DNA from: Tubiluchus corallicola
Taxonomy: Eukaryota; Animalia; Priapulida
Direction: 5' to 3'
DNA length: 64,000 bases
Assembly (NCBI GenBank): GCA_030141605.1
Contig: JAQGDQ010000178.1
Location: forward strand, 1 to 64,000
This document shows positions 25,965 through 39,280 of the stretch, in pieces; the stretch's first letter is position 1; each line of letters begins with the position of its first letter. The notes under the pieces are model-generated. The model searched no databases. It worked only from the letters and a program-made list of their open reading frames with translations, and was not told the DNA's origin. The position numbers and the translations under genes were made by a program.

Positions 25965-27555
25965 GTTCTCGAACAGTCTCTTGAAGACACGGCGAAGCTG
26001 CGAATAAGTACACGATTGATTAGTGTTCGCAGGACCTTCCGCTAGAGGTGTTGAGCTACGACTTGTGGAGGCGAAAAACACTTTCATAATATTTATCGCA
26101 AAAAACTCTTGTAGAAGCATGCTGCTGATGCTTTTTCAGACATGCGCAGAGGCAGGTTGAAGTCACATTTATACACGTAGCTTAAGCTTGTTGATAACTG
26201 TGATGTTGAAAAGTTATCCGAAGAAACATCACTTGTTGAAACCGTGACCTCTGTAAAATAAAGACAGTAATTTAAAATGATATCAGCAATGATATCCAAT
26301 CGCCTTTTACTGTAACAACTTTTGAAATGATTTTTAAGTAGTGCTTGGCATACTGCAGACCAAACGTATTAGTGATGCAGCTATCCGTTTCACCTTGTTT
26401 CAACTTTGCAGTGAAAGAGCTCTTTCTTTAAGCTAACAGGCGGTACTGGATTACATCATTGTTTTTAATTTCATGAATAATTATTACACCTATATTGCTA
26501 CAGATTTTGTTAGCATTAATCGAAGTTTAGTACTACTGAATGTAGTCAAAAGATAACGCATGGTACTTAGATACCACCTCGTCAACAGATTCTCACGCAC
26601 TGCTCAACATTCGACCTTCTGGCATGTTTCCTTGGTTATGCATTTGCAACACTATCACATTAGTAGTATCATCCTGCTATCAGTTTTATAAATTACGTTT
26701 GTAATGATATCACAATGACCTCATACAACTTATAATGAAATCCGTATGGTAACTGTAACTATAACTGACTGTCATTTATTTAAAATACTGTTCTTTCTTG
26801 ACGATCTAGTTTTTGTCATGTCACGTGATAATCGGCACAAGAAGCTACAAAAATGCTTGCAGCCACAAAACAAAATAATTTTGCTTGAGTTTTAAATTTA
26901 TAGGCTGAGAATAATTGTTATAGCGAGAGAAATTTGTGCAATAATTGTGTATGTAGAAATAACAACTGTTTTTTCTGATTGTTTCTTTTTTGTTTCTTCT
27001 TCCTCCAGTGAAGTTTCAATCAAATTTTGTGATGTCATTGTCAGCATATTTCTCCAGGAAAAGTGTATATCTTTGTTTTGTGTATTTTGTTTGGTAATTG
27101 TCCTACGTAATCAACAACCAAATAAGCAAATAAACGTATACTGGTAGCTTTGCTTCGTTTTCATTTCTCTTTTTCTTCATATTCTCGCCTTCCATAACTT
27201 CCTTTTTTTTCTGTCGAGATATTATTACTTACAGGCCTAAGGCATCATCCGTCGCGTAAGGAATTAGTGTCTGAAAGAAACCACGTCCTTTTCGACCTAT
27301 GCTATTCTGTGCTCGTCGTTATGCAAAACAAACATGATGTTATTTCGTTAATTACGTTAATTTTTAATCTGGGAGATTCAAATTTTGATAATGAGCGACT
27401 CGCTAGCTGGCGTGACCATATCTTGTTCGCTTCATTTTTCTGCACTGCGTTTTTATTCGCCATTTCTTTCAAACATTAAAATTTTATTGCCCTTTTCTTG
27501 GAGGACCATTTTTTGTCGGCGAGAGATTCTTTACCGACTGTACTATAAATAAAGT

Positions 27556-27610
27556 CATGCGCGCGTCACGTGAGCCTCCCCACATGGCTACGCCGTGACG
27601 TCACGCCTGG
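27556..27610. promoter_or_regulatory. Putative intronic promoter/enhancer: E-box GTCACGTGA plus full CRE palindrome CGTGACGTCACG
   Basis: CpG-dense patch in an AT-rich intron, with motifs at 27565-27573 and 27594-27605. Confidence 0.5.
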
Positions 27611-30600
27611 CTGCGAGCTGTTTTGCGATGTGTACGCGGCTTCAGCGGTAGTTGTGCGTAACACTGCCAATGTGCAGTGCAACATGTGAAAGCTTTACAG
27701 AATATACACTGACTATTGTGTCAGTGTGCTCTTCACAGCAAACTTAGTGCATGTGTGGTATTGTTTGCACAAAGTGCAGACGATGTTGACAGGACACAGG
27801 AAATCTTTGGTGGTAGAGTTGGAATGAAACTGCTCATAAGACGCTGGTTGTAAGCTCTATGACTCGGAGATTTTTCTAGAATTTTATTGATAGTGGTGTA
27901 GTAAAAGGATTTATGCCTCGCTAAAGGTTTACGCCATTCACAAACCTGCGATTGTAGGTAAGGGAAGAAAAAGAAAGCATGTATGCGAGTTCTAATGGAC
28001 GTGATGTTTTCAAAGCAGCTTCACCAAAGCTGAGATGTCAAGTGACGTGCTTTGCAATGTTAATGCAATGATTAATTTGTCTTTAATTTAAGTTAATTGT
28101 GCAATTTAGATTTAATTATAATTTGTAGGATTTCATGTTTTCAGTGCTCCAGCCTCTAGCAATAGCAACACTTCGTTACCTGTGAAAAGTGTTCATATCT
28201 CTGGGTAGTTTCTTGAGAAGCAAGCATTGTAGAATAATAGCCCTGAATCTTATTATTTTCTTTTTTATCAAAGGAATCAAGGGATCAAAAGAAACAGGAA
28301 CTCATTTGTTTTGATACCTTGTGGAACGTTAAACTGGCTAGCTAGGTATTTGCGTTTTCCATGTTAGTATGTAAATGAAATTGGCATGAATTTGAGCTTT
28401 CCCGTACTTTTCTTTCCTCCCTTGCTGACTTTTCATTTTTAAAAGCCCAAATTGAAAGTTCAAGATCATTAGATAGCACGCTAGATACGTCGCTATTCGA
28501 CAGTTATCGGGTAGATCTTTTTAATGGTTTTCGAGCCAGCTAGTTTGTCACTAGTTTCTTGAACATTGGTTTCAGTAATATAAGCGTCATTTGTCTCCGT
28601 TTCTTTTCACCTATGGACACTTCATACTTGTGACTTCCGGCGTAGATCGTGCAAAGAAGGGCAACAAAAAGGTCGTAAACTCGTAAACGTGGAGATTGAT
28701 GTTCGTGATCGTCTTGGCGTCAGTATGTGGCACAACTGATCTATTTTTTCCATCGTATAGGCCATTGACATTGGACATTCATGATCTGGCGGGATTGCTT
28801 GCTAAAATTAATATACTTCTACTGTAGAAGACAGAATAAGAATGGAGAGTGATTTCAGAGGATTATCTAGGGAAATGTTGTTGACAAAAGGGGAGTCAGA
28901 GCAGAGAAGGACGATGAGAATGAGAGGAAGAGATTGTACATGACTTCAAGAATATGAATGGGAATTTTTTGTTAATGGTAGAAAGAATCATCTTGTGAAT
29001 AAGGCCGTAGTTTCTCTTGGGCCCTTTGCATTTTCAATGTCCTCCAGTTACCATTGGTGCTGAGTGTGTTCATTGTAATGTTCTTGAGCAAACAGCTAGT
29101 TTTTTTCTGAATGCCCCGTAGTGTATAAGCCATTTGCTAAATAATTGAAATCAACTCATGCATTTACTATACGGTTAGTGAGCACCCTGTAGAGCAAAAT
29201 TGTTCGGTTAATGCACCTTTCCTGTAACTGTTGTCGTTTTTTCTGAACGTCCTGTAATGTGAAATCTTTCGCTTGTTGACGTTTATTTTGTTGGTTTTGG
29301 TTAGAGCTGCAGTTTTCCTCTTAATGTAGTTTTTTCTTCTGAATTCTTTACAGACAAGTGCCGCCTAGGCGTTGTTGAAATTCAAGTAATTTTATTTTTT
29401 TGAGGCAACGTGTAGCGTAAAATCCCCCAATTATTGACGTTTACTGTAAGTGTTTGTGAAGCTGTACAGACTTGACGTAGTTAATGCTCATTCGTGTTCA
29501 GCATGATGAGAGCCCTATCAGTTTGAGCAGGTCATATATCAAGCTGCATTTGAGCATGGCTTCTCTGAATTCTCTGGTGTATCTCTAACTGTTTGAAAAC
29601 TACTGCTGGTGGAGGGCTGCCACGGTAATGGAAATCATTAATAATAATATAGTGCTGAATTTCAAAGCTTTAAAATAATCCCTCTAGTAACAACAGTGAC
29701 ATAGTGCTATTGTAAAAGCCAATATCAAACGTCCTATCTGTGGCTTTATGAAAACCGAATAAATTGCATTTGTACACTGGATGAAGCAGAAATATGTTAA
29801 CTCATATTTGACTTGTGATGTTTGCCTTTTTCTCGTCTCACTTCACATCTTATTTCTACTTGTTTTAATTTTTTAATGTGAACGGTCTTTTGGTGTTTTT
29901 GCCACTTTTTTTATGTGAAGTATCAGTCTGTGTTTGGTACAAAGTAGTCATGTAGATTGGTTTTCCGATGCCGCAAATAACCTATTATTATGTCACTCAG
30001 TCTCATGCTATCTTCAATCTACTTGCCACAGATAATGTTCTTGACTAAGTTAACCGTATCACACTCAAGATCGATGGAACTGAATCGATGCAACCTTTGT
30101 GATGTGTCTTTAACAGGCGCTCCTGACCTAAACGCAAGCTGGGCACAGAATAAATTTTACTTGGTATAGATGCCGTTCTGGAGAACATTCTGGTAAAAAA
30201 ATTTTTGGGCCTAGTGCTGCTTATTGCTCGCATATCAGGTGTCAATTGCCTCAATGTAAGAATATTTGGCCCTTGTTGCATTTATACGTTTAAATCGTTG
30301 CTTAAAGGTTATGCGTTTGTCAATCCCGGAGGAGAGGGAGAGGGGATTCTTGACTGCGTAGTACGCAAACAATAGAAATTGGGAACAATGGGTTCATAGA
30401 GTTTGTGGAACAATGTATTGGAATGACTGAAAAAATAGAGAATTTCTTTTGTTGAACAATTAGTTAATAGTTAACAATAGGAGGAAAGATAATTATGACA
30501 AAACAAAACATGATATAAGAGAACAATTTGTCTTCAGAAACAATGGGAGAGATGTAAAGAATAGTAGGTGATCCCTAAAATTATTTACCTGCTTCTACAG

Positions 30601-31759
30601 TACATTAAATTTAATGAGTGTCTGAAAGCTTTGCTAAACACTTGTCTGTGTCTACAATACCTAAATCTTTGCAATTTTGTCGATAATATCACGCTGGACT
30701 GCTGCTGTTAGCGCGCATTGAGATTACTGACTCGGATAAAAGATGCTGTTACAACATCCTGGTAATATATCACAGTTAATGGACTGAAATTTCAATTTGT
30801 GCAAAGTTCTTTCTCAAACGTTTAAGCTTTATAAGTCACCAACGCTGGCACTAAATTGAGGGACGGTGCAGCCTTATTTGCACACTTTATTCAATGCATT
30901 AAAGTTGAGTAAAAATTTGTTAGCTGCCTATGCAGTGAATTTGAGTGGTTTTCCATGATGGTTATATCTAAATTATAAAACTGCATGTCTTTTCTCCAAA
31001 TCCAAATCATTATCTGATTTAATTTTGTAGTTTTATTTGCTAACATTTATCGAATGGTTAGTTGAGGTTGTTATGACCAACTTGCTACTTAATTGTTCAT
31101 CTTTCGATTATATTTTATGGTAAGTAGCTTATTATGTAAACTGTACTTAATACGCATTTACTAAAATCTGTACACATTACAACTTTATCGGGAATAGTGA
31201 TTCTTCGACATTTGGCTCGTGATTGCCACAGACGCATCACATACCGGCATCAGGTGAATGATATAGATAAAGATTAAAGAATGACGTACAGAAGCCATTT
31301 GTTGACCACATTTAACTGTGATCATGGTCACCTGACACTTGCTTACTTGAGCTTATCACAATTTCCTGTACTTCTTAATTGTCCCGTGGATCAGGTGTTC
31401 TTATTTGTGTTCCTCTTCAACACAGTATCCGATTTGTGCTCATCAGCTAAAAGCTTCTGATATTAATTTCCCCTCGTCATGATGACGTAGACGGAGTTCT
31501 TTTTAAACGCGTTTTATTCATCGTCTCGCGTCCTTCACCAAGGACACTTCACGGACATTGATTTGAAAGTGAAAGACGTACGCTTTGAATACCGGATTAC
31601 TTTTAAATGGTTTATCGCTTTTTGATCACCGTACGCTGTTTTGATTTCTTTGGAAGCCATTTTACCCTGTGTGACGCAGTGCAAAGCCTTGGCTGAACAC
31701 CGATTGATTTATTGGAGCGTTGTTATAGATTAAAAAGGTGCGCGAGACACTGAGAACTG

Positions 31760-32345
31760 ATGTAATCCCCTGGGTTGGATTGAAAAACTCGTTTTACTTG
31801 ATTGGATTGAAGTTCACTTCAGTGAGCAGTATTGGTCTATTGGATTTTGGCTTTGTATGTGAAAATTGGATTTCAGTTCATAAATTTGATTACACCATAT
31901 TTAAGACTTTGAGTTTAAATGGAATTAACTTAAATTGATATACCAAGTTACCCCAGTTATGTGTGCTCGGGATTGTATATGGTTAGATTGTGTTTGACCT
32001 GAGTGAAGCCTTGTAGTTTGTTCGATTGATTCCAAGGTATTGGTGGAAACAAATCGGATTTTGTTCGTTTGATGTCACTTGCAATGCTAGGTGGAAATAT
32101 TATTGAATTTCGTTTGATGATTTCAAATTGTTTGGTAGAAGTGTGTTTGATTTTGTTTGATTTCAATTTGCAAGATGTTTAATGGAAATACGTCGGAGTT
32201 TGTTTGGTTGATGCCAAGATATTAGGCGGAAATGTATTTTATTTCGTTTAATTGATCCCATGGTGTCAAATGGAAATATATTAATTTTGTTTGATTGAGT
32301 CCAATGTGTTAGATATAAATACATTCGATTTCGTTCGATTGATTT
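31760..32345. repeat. Highly degenerate tandem repeat region (about 45-bp period; ggtggaaat...tttgtttgattga)
   Basis: Recurrent ggaaat and tttgtttga modules with a strong G/T strand skew. Confidence 0.5.
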
Positions 32346-33560
32346 AAATCAATAATCTATCTCGTTACTAAATTCAGTGTACTTGCGCCTCTAGTATGAT
32401 ATCAAAGTTTCTCATAGCTGCCTACACCAAAAATATGCCAGGTGTAATTGATCGGTGTACGTGTGTAATTAATGTGTATGCGTGTGTACATGATGTTAGC
32501 CAGTGCTGCCTGCAAACAGGGTTTGATTTGGTGTATGAATAGTAAAGTTTAGGGTCGATTTTTTCAAGGCGATACCGAGATCCTTTGAGACGTTTTGATT
32601 TTGATATCTTGATCAATTTTAATATTAAACGAATTTATTTTCGTTTTCGCTGCATAATTTCTCTGGTAGGAGAACATGATATTAGTAAATTGCTTTTGTG
32701 TTCGAGTCGTTTTACTAATTTTTATAAAAATAGAATGTTTAGCATTCTGAGGGTAACAATTTAGTCGTTGTGGTTATTTTAACGTAAAGTTGTCTGTAGT
32801 TTCTATTTTTGTATTCATTTTGCAAAGGTGTGATGTCAGTCTCGGAGAGTCTTGTTTGCCTCCAAGAGCATTTCAATATCTCGTGGATTATTGTTGAATG
32901 TTTAGTTGTCCATATACTATGTTTCATCTTCCGATACTCTTCTATTTCAGAGTATATAATATAATAAAATAAATACACATAAATGGCACTGAATTCTGCA
33001 ATAAAACAAATACGAATCACAAACAAAATAATATTGCCTCGCATGTAAAATTAAGGCGTTAAAAACAAAACATTAATCCATTTTTGTCACCTTGTTCAGT
33101 ACTTTTTTATTTCTTGCCTAGCTTATGTATTTGTGGCAATTTATTCTCGTTAGCTTTACAGCAAGGGTGCACAAATTAATTTCTCTTTAGTTGACATTAT
33201 TAATGACAGCGTCCATAGAGACGATGCCCAATTGGCTATTACGTTTATGTCTGCCAGACAGCTATATTGATCATCCTCATTTTTCATAATGGCATCTGTA
33301 AACATATGAAATATCGAATGTGTTATGCGAAGTACATTACATAACTACTCATAATGAATCGTACTTTTAAAGATATGTACTCTGTTTCTACCTCTATTTG
33401 TAGAACAGAGTTAATTGGGTCTAGAACATAAGTTATGGAAAAAAGTCACTTTTTAAAACTGCTGGATAGTTGGGATTTTGTTAACCCGGTTTAATCAGTG
33501 GCTTCATCTTCCCCCTCTCTCTTATTTTTCTCTCTGTTTCCCTCTTACCCCGTTTCTCTT

Positions 33561-33562
<2 letters not shown>

Positions 33563-33609
<47 letters not shown>

Positions 33610-33690
33610 GTCTCTGTCTCTGTCTCTGTCTCTGTCTCTGTCTCTGTCTCTGTCTCTGTCTCTGTCTCTGTCTCTGTCTCTGTCTCTCTG

Positions 33691-33724
<34 letters not shown>

Positions 33725-33732
33725 TCTGTCTC

Positions 33733-33787
<55 letters not shown>
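33563..33787. repeat. Compound (CT)n/(CTCTGT)n microsatellite
   Basis: Directly visible. It explains four spurious low-complexity ORFs. Confidence 0.98.
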
Positions 33788-33788
<1 letters not shown>

Positions 33789-34045
33789 CAAGATTTATTC
33801 GAACTTTTTAACGATCTGTAGTTCACTGTACATTGAGCTAAGACGCTCCCCCATGGGTTGTTGTTTAAAGATGATCAATGAGTTACGTATGGCAGCATTT
33901 TAAAATCCCTGAGGCGGTAAGACTTTATGTTGTGCCAAAAATTACCGTACGTGTTGTTTTTATAGTAAACTAAATTGAAACCAAAGTGTACTTATGCTTT
34001 TGGCAGTTGAGGTAGTGCTGGGAAATATATTGGTCTCGCTGACCG

Positions 34046-34184
34046 ATAATAAAGTCATCCGAAAAAAGTCACGGAAAAAGACACAGGAAAAAAGTTAATT
34101 AATTTTGGCTAGGTTAGGGTTAGGGAAAAGGTTAGGGTTAGTGTTGTTTTTTTCCTCTGCTTTTTAGCTGTGACTTTATTACCT
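34046..34184. repeat. Small foldback element with an internal GTTAGG/TTAGGG-like centre
   Basis: Arms aataaagtca...ggaaaaaa and ttttttcc...tgactttatt flank ggttagggttaggg...ggttagggttag. Confidence 0.55.
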
Positions 34185-35663
34185 GAATTCTTGGTTTCAC
34201 TAAAGCTGGTGACAGTTTCCATTACTTCTTGTTAAAGGATATTACTAGCAGAGTTTTCGAAAATTCAGCATTGTGAATGAATGTGTTTTATTGTTGTGCC
34301 GTGGTTGACATTCACGGTCGTGCACTGCTGATGTCCTTTTGAGTTTTCATTTCACAATGACAAAGAAATTGATTTCTGCTATTTACGAAGTGCAGCTGCA
34401 ATTGCAATTTGTTGTGTGAAAACAGTGTGTAAGTCTGAGAATTCCCAAATCCCACAGACTTGCTTCTGAGAAAAAGTTTAGAAGCGCCGTAGTTTATTGC
34501 GTTTAACATAGAACTGCAACTGAAATTTGCAAAATCTCATCCACGGATTGTTATAATACGTGGCAAACCTTAACCTGGGTTATTGCTGAAATGATTTATG
34601 CGCCAGACGCATTGGTCTACTACGTTGTTAGGAAGTAGGTTTCCAGAAAATCCGTAAAACATTCGTGTTTTGTGGGCGTTGTACGATATAATTCAATAGT
34701 TTTTTATTTGGCTGATTTGAACACAAAACATGAAACTATTTACATAATGAAAATAACAATGCAATAATAAAAGCATAAACGGTTTGGAAATTGCACAAAT
34801 CAGCCTCGAGGAGAGTGAGCTTTCGAGACTCACCCCGAGACTGCGCAAACACTTGTAGCACATACAAAATAGCTCAAAGTTAAAACAATATTCAGCTATA
34901 GAATCAATGATGATAATTAATGATAATAATTCAGACAAATGAGATTAGAGGTATTTAAAACCGCCAATTAGCAGGTTAAGTAAAGTGTTAGTAACATATC
35001 AAATATGTGCTTTTTAAAACGTTGTAATTGAAGTTCTTTTGCCCAAGGAGGATGTTGTATACGATGTTGTATATCTAATTAATTTTTGTAGACGTGGAGC
35101 ATTATGCGTTGCCAAATAGTGTCCAGAGAAATCAACTCACTCTACAGAGAGAAATATATCTTTTAGTTTAGTTTCACCGGTAGGGTTTTGTAATTTTCGC
35201 TTCTTTGCTTCGTAAACTTGAATATCAATCGACGAACATTTTTAGAAAAAAAAACCATTAATTTTTTTATGCCCATTAGCCATATTATCACAGTTGATAT
35301 GGCTAGTATTTATTACATTTCATTTTAATGCCGCATCATTTCTTGAAACCTGACACATTCCTGTTCTGCTAATAAACCTCTTGTTTGAAGCATGTCGCTG
35401 GACTGTAAAAAGCCCGTGTATTTAAATTGAATTCAAAGACTGAAATACAGCAGACTGGTTGCAACCAGGTTTACTCAAAAACGAACATTGATTACAGCCA
35501 TTCACAGCCATATAATACAACGAACGCTTAATATTAGTTGCTGCATAATATCAGTTTCACCAGTTGACCTGAAAAGGCTGCCTCGTGTACCAGTAGCCTC
35601 AATATCTGCAACCGAAATATTGAAAACTTTGTAACCAATAACTATCAGCGGTATGATCACCGC

Positions 35664-35788
35664 GTAGTTCAAAGGGCTATAATCAGCTGCAGCCGACTGT
35701 AGTTTGAGGGATATGGGTACGGTCAGTAGTTCAAAGGGCTATAATCAGCTGCAGCGGACTGTAGTTTGAGGGATACGGGTACGGTCAG
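35664..35788. repeat. 62-bp tandem duplication (2 copies, 2 mismatches)
   Basis: gtagttcaaagggctataatcagctgcagc... is repeated at 35664 and 35726. Confidence 0.9.
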
Positions 35789-38500
35789 CTGATTGTTGCG
35801 AACAACTTAAAAGTCTGTTAGCTGGCGAGAAATTGAAGGCCTCTTGACCATAGACTTGAAAGTCGATAGTCTTGTGGCTCTTAGCTTGATAATTCGCGCG
35901 GTCAGTTGTTGAAAATTCGATTATTTTGCCCGCTAATCAAACTACATGTATATTCTTTTCTCTGGATTATATAGAAAATCTCATAATTTTAAAAATTACT
36001 AATGTTTCCTATATTAAACTGATACCATTAATGCCCACCAGTGTCTAAAAAATCTTTTTATCTATATTCGGTAAAGGATAGCAGACTAGGTGACTTTATA
36101 GTCTTTTCGTTATCCTTTCTATATTTCTAGATCTATCTATACATTTTAACCATTTTTCAAAACTTATTAGAGATTGTTTTATTAATCATGTTTATTTTAA
36201 CACTATAAAGAGATAAATAAATTGAAATTGAATTGAATTATTAAAATACTCTTTGGCATCTGTACCTGTTACTACTGTTCCGCTTTAAAATCTCTCAAAA
36301 ATTTATGTTTGGTTAGACCAGATCGATATTAAGCCTTAAAGAATCAGACATTATTCAAAAGTAATAGTGTTTGTAATGAAGTTAGCCTATCGTGCGCAAG
36401 CCATTTAACTCGCTACAACATTTTGTCTGACATTTGCGATACTTCGCGGATAATGCCTCTCATTGTAACCTCTCATTGTGGTGCTTGCGATAGTTGTAAA
36501 TATCACGAGTTCACTTGCTCAGCATTGGGTCCCTCAAGATCATGCCTCCATTACGGCACGCCATTTTCTCGTCTGTGCATTTCTGTCGAAATTGAGAGTT
36601 TAATTCCCTTGACCTTTCGTGCGTGACCTTTTTGAAGCTTGGTTATCTTCTTTACGTACAACGTGGCCGCTGCAGCTTTTCGCAATTATTAATCCGTTTG
36701 ACATTTTTTGTCATTCAAAGTAAATTGATCTCATATAATTGTTCCGAAATAGGTATAATGTCAACTAGATCTTTATGGTTACAGCGTCTCGCACTTGCCG
36801 CCCATATCTAAGGTAAGTGTGGTAAACGGAGTCATTTCAAAGTTCCAAAGAAGAAGAAAAAACAGCTGTAATCTAGATTATTTATCTATTAGTTTATCTA
36901 TTAGTTGATAGATTATCAATTAGTTCATTTAACCGATCTGCTGTACTACGATATACACTCTTCAGTGAACCATAAATGCTGGGAATAAAACTCCATATGA
37001 AAAGACATTTACCAAGTTGTCTTCTAAATGGCTTCGGCGCTTATACAATTTATCAGGAATTTTTTGTGTTAATGTTTTGCGCTTCATCATTATTTGTTTG
37101 GTATCAAGTTTATTTTATTTAGTCCATTGCAGCAGAGTGGGAAAAGGTTTGGGTCCCAGTTTCACACGTCGCGAGTACATTCTCTTAACTATTAGTAAGG
37201 ATGTTGTTGAGTTAGTGACGGTTTTGTGAAGCCGGGCTCAGACTTTTTCCACTCTGATGTTGTGGACTAAATAAAATAAAATTGAAATGAACTGCGCTGA
37301 AGCCGTGCCTTTCCCTTCCATTCATTTTCTTATTTGACGAAGCTTATAAATTGTGGAATAATAACCTTTATGTAGATTACACGTGCTTGATGGGTAATAA
37401 TTTTTGTTTATAGTTAAGAGTGTTGGCACCATTCGAAGAGGTAATCTGTGCTCATTAGTCGGTTGGAAATTTAGTCTGCGACATTGCTCCAGTGGGAAAT
37501 TAAAAACAACGTGCTTGTAATAGAATATTGAATAATGACAGGGTTTGAGACATTGATGGTTTTTGTGTTGTAACAGTATCTTGAAGCAGGTTTTTTCCAT
37601 GAAGAAATTTCCACTCATAATCCATCTCGCTTTACTGGCACGTTGATATTGGTTTCTAGGAAGACTATATTAAAGTCACTACGCAGAACGGCTCGTTATA
37701 AACATACAATTATCATCAGATCACGTTACAGCGGAGGCTGTAAAACTCAAATAAAACATTTACTATTGTTCTGTTATAGCATGCGTTGGAGGTCATAATG
37801 ACTTTGTGTTTAAAATATTTTGTGCGTCGTCATTGTTTTGTCTGTGTGGCTTCTTGTAAAAAGCTAGCAAGATTAAGGTTTGTTTTCTTAGAAAGGCACA
37901 AACCATGATAGTTTTGCTCTACGCATGTTCACGCACAGGGCTTGGTATCTCATTTCTTCCTCTGTGTCAGCGTCCGTGATACACCGCGAACTTCTGTGAA
38001 CCTTTTGATGCGCTGCCAAGAGCAGAGGTCAACTTGTCTTTAAATTTGCACTGTGTTTGAGGAAAATGTGCACGTTGGTGCCTAATAACTGTTAGAAACG
38101 AAGCTTCTTTCTGCCACAGCTTCCTGGGTATGTTGATTACTAGCACTGACATAAATATATATTGATACTTACAAGTTTAAACAGCTGCGTGGAACGTTCG
38201 CGTGTCGATAACACGTAATCTTGCGGCTAAACTTGTGTGCTCCAACTGTAGCGATGATTCATAGTTGGGATTTGGTTATGTGTTTCATAGTTAGGATTTG
38301 GTTATACGAGCAGTGACACTCATGTCTCTGATTGCCACATGTTTTTACCTGCGATATGAATGCGAAAGCACGACAATAGTGGCGAAAAATTGCCAATGAT
38401 TTTGACTTGAGAATCCACAAACTATGAAACTTTCGTTTTCAAGTATTGTTGCAGGGAGATTGCGCTACTTGTGTATGTAACAGATATGATGACATACCAA

Positions 38501-38602
38501 TATCGTTTGCCACGCGTTAAATGTACCTTTATCGTTTGGCACGCGTTAAAATGTACCCTTATCGTTTGGCACGCGTTAAATGTACCCTTATCGTTTGGCA
38601 CA
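38501..38602. repeat. 29-30-bp tandem repeat (tatcgtttggcacgcgttaaatgtaccct), about 3.4 copies
   Basis: Directly visible. Confidence 0.9.
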
Positions 38603-39253
38603 CTTCCCATGCAAAGATACTGATTCTAATTTCACCGCAATCTGTCTTTAATCGATTACCAGTTACTGGCTTTCACTACGCCCTGATAGATGCTTTTAAG
38701 GAAAGGGGTACCTGTCAAGCAGTAGGATTACTCCTGCCTGCTTTTAGGTAACCAAATAAGAGCAAAGAATATTCAGTGCAGAGGATAATGAAGTTTGGAA
38801 ATCAAAGTTGTGAATGCCCGAAAGCTATCTGACTTTTCTGTCTGGACTCTGGTGTCTGCTGTACTGTTCCAAAAATACTTTCTTCAGTTTTTCAGGGCAC
38901 ATGTCTGTTTCCTTCGCTCTGATTGCTACAATCCGCAAAAGCGGTGATCTGAGTAGCTTCGTGTTCACAAAAAAAATAGTGGGAAGCAGGGTCTTCATGT
39001 CCTAGAGCACGATGAAACTTTACAATAAAATCAGCCTGTTTTAAAAAAACAAAGTTGCCGTGCGTGCCTCAAAGAGTGCTGAATGTCGGTTTGTCCTAGA
39101 TGACACATGAACCGTTCTTGCACCCTTTTAACCCTAAAACTGCTGTTCCCTAAAAGAATCCAAAAAGGTTCGCTGCCTGAAATGGTATAACGTTATGAGG
39201 TTATCCGACTGGCTGACAAATGTCAATCGCGCCGACTTTGCTGCTAGGCCTAA

Positions 39254-39280
39254 TCATGTGACCCACACGCGTCACGTGAC
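39254..39280. promoter_or_regulatory. Paired M-box (TCATGTGAC) and perfect CLEAR/USF palindrome GTCACGTGAC
   Basis: Motifs at 39254-39262 and 39271-39280. Confidence 0.4.

Noticed and set aside
33478-33903. Four overlapping ORFs (SLSL, RERE, ETET, RQRQ)
   Set aside because: They are translations of a CT/CTCTGT microsatellite.
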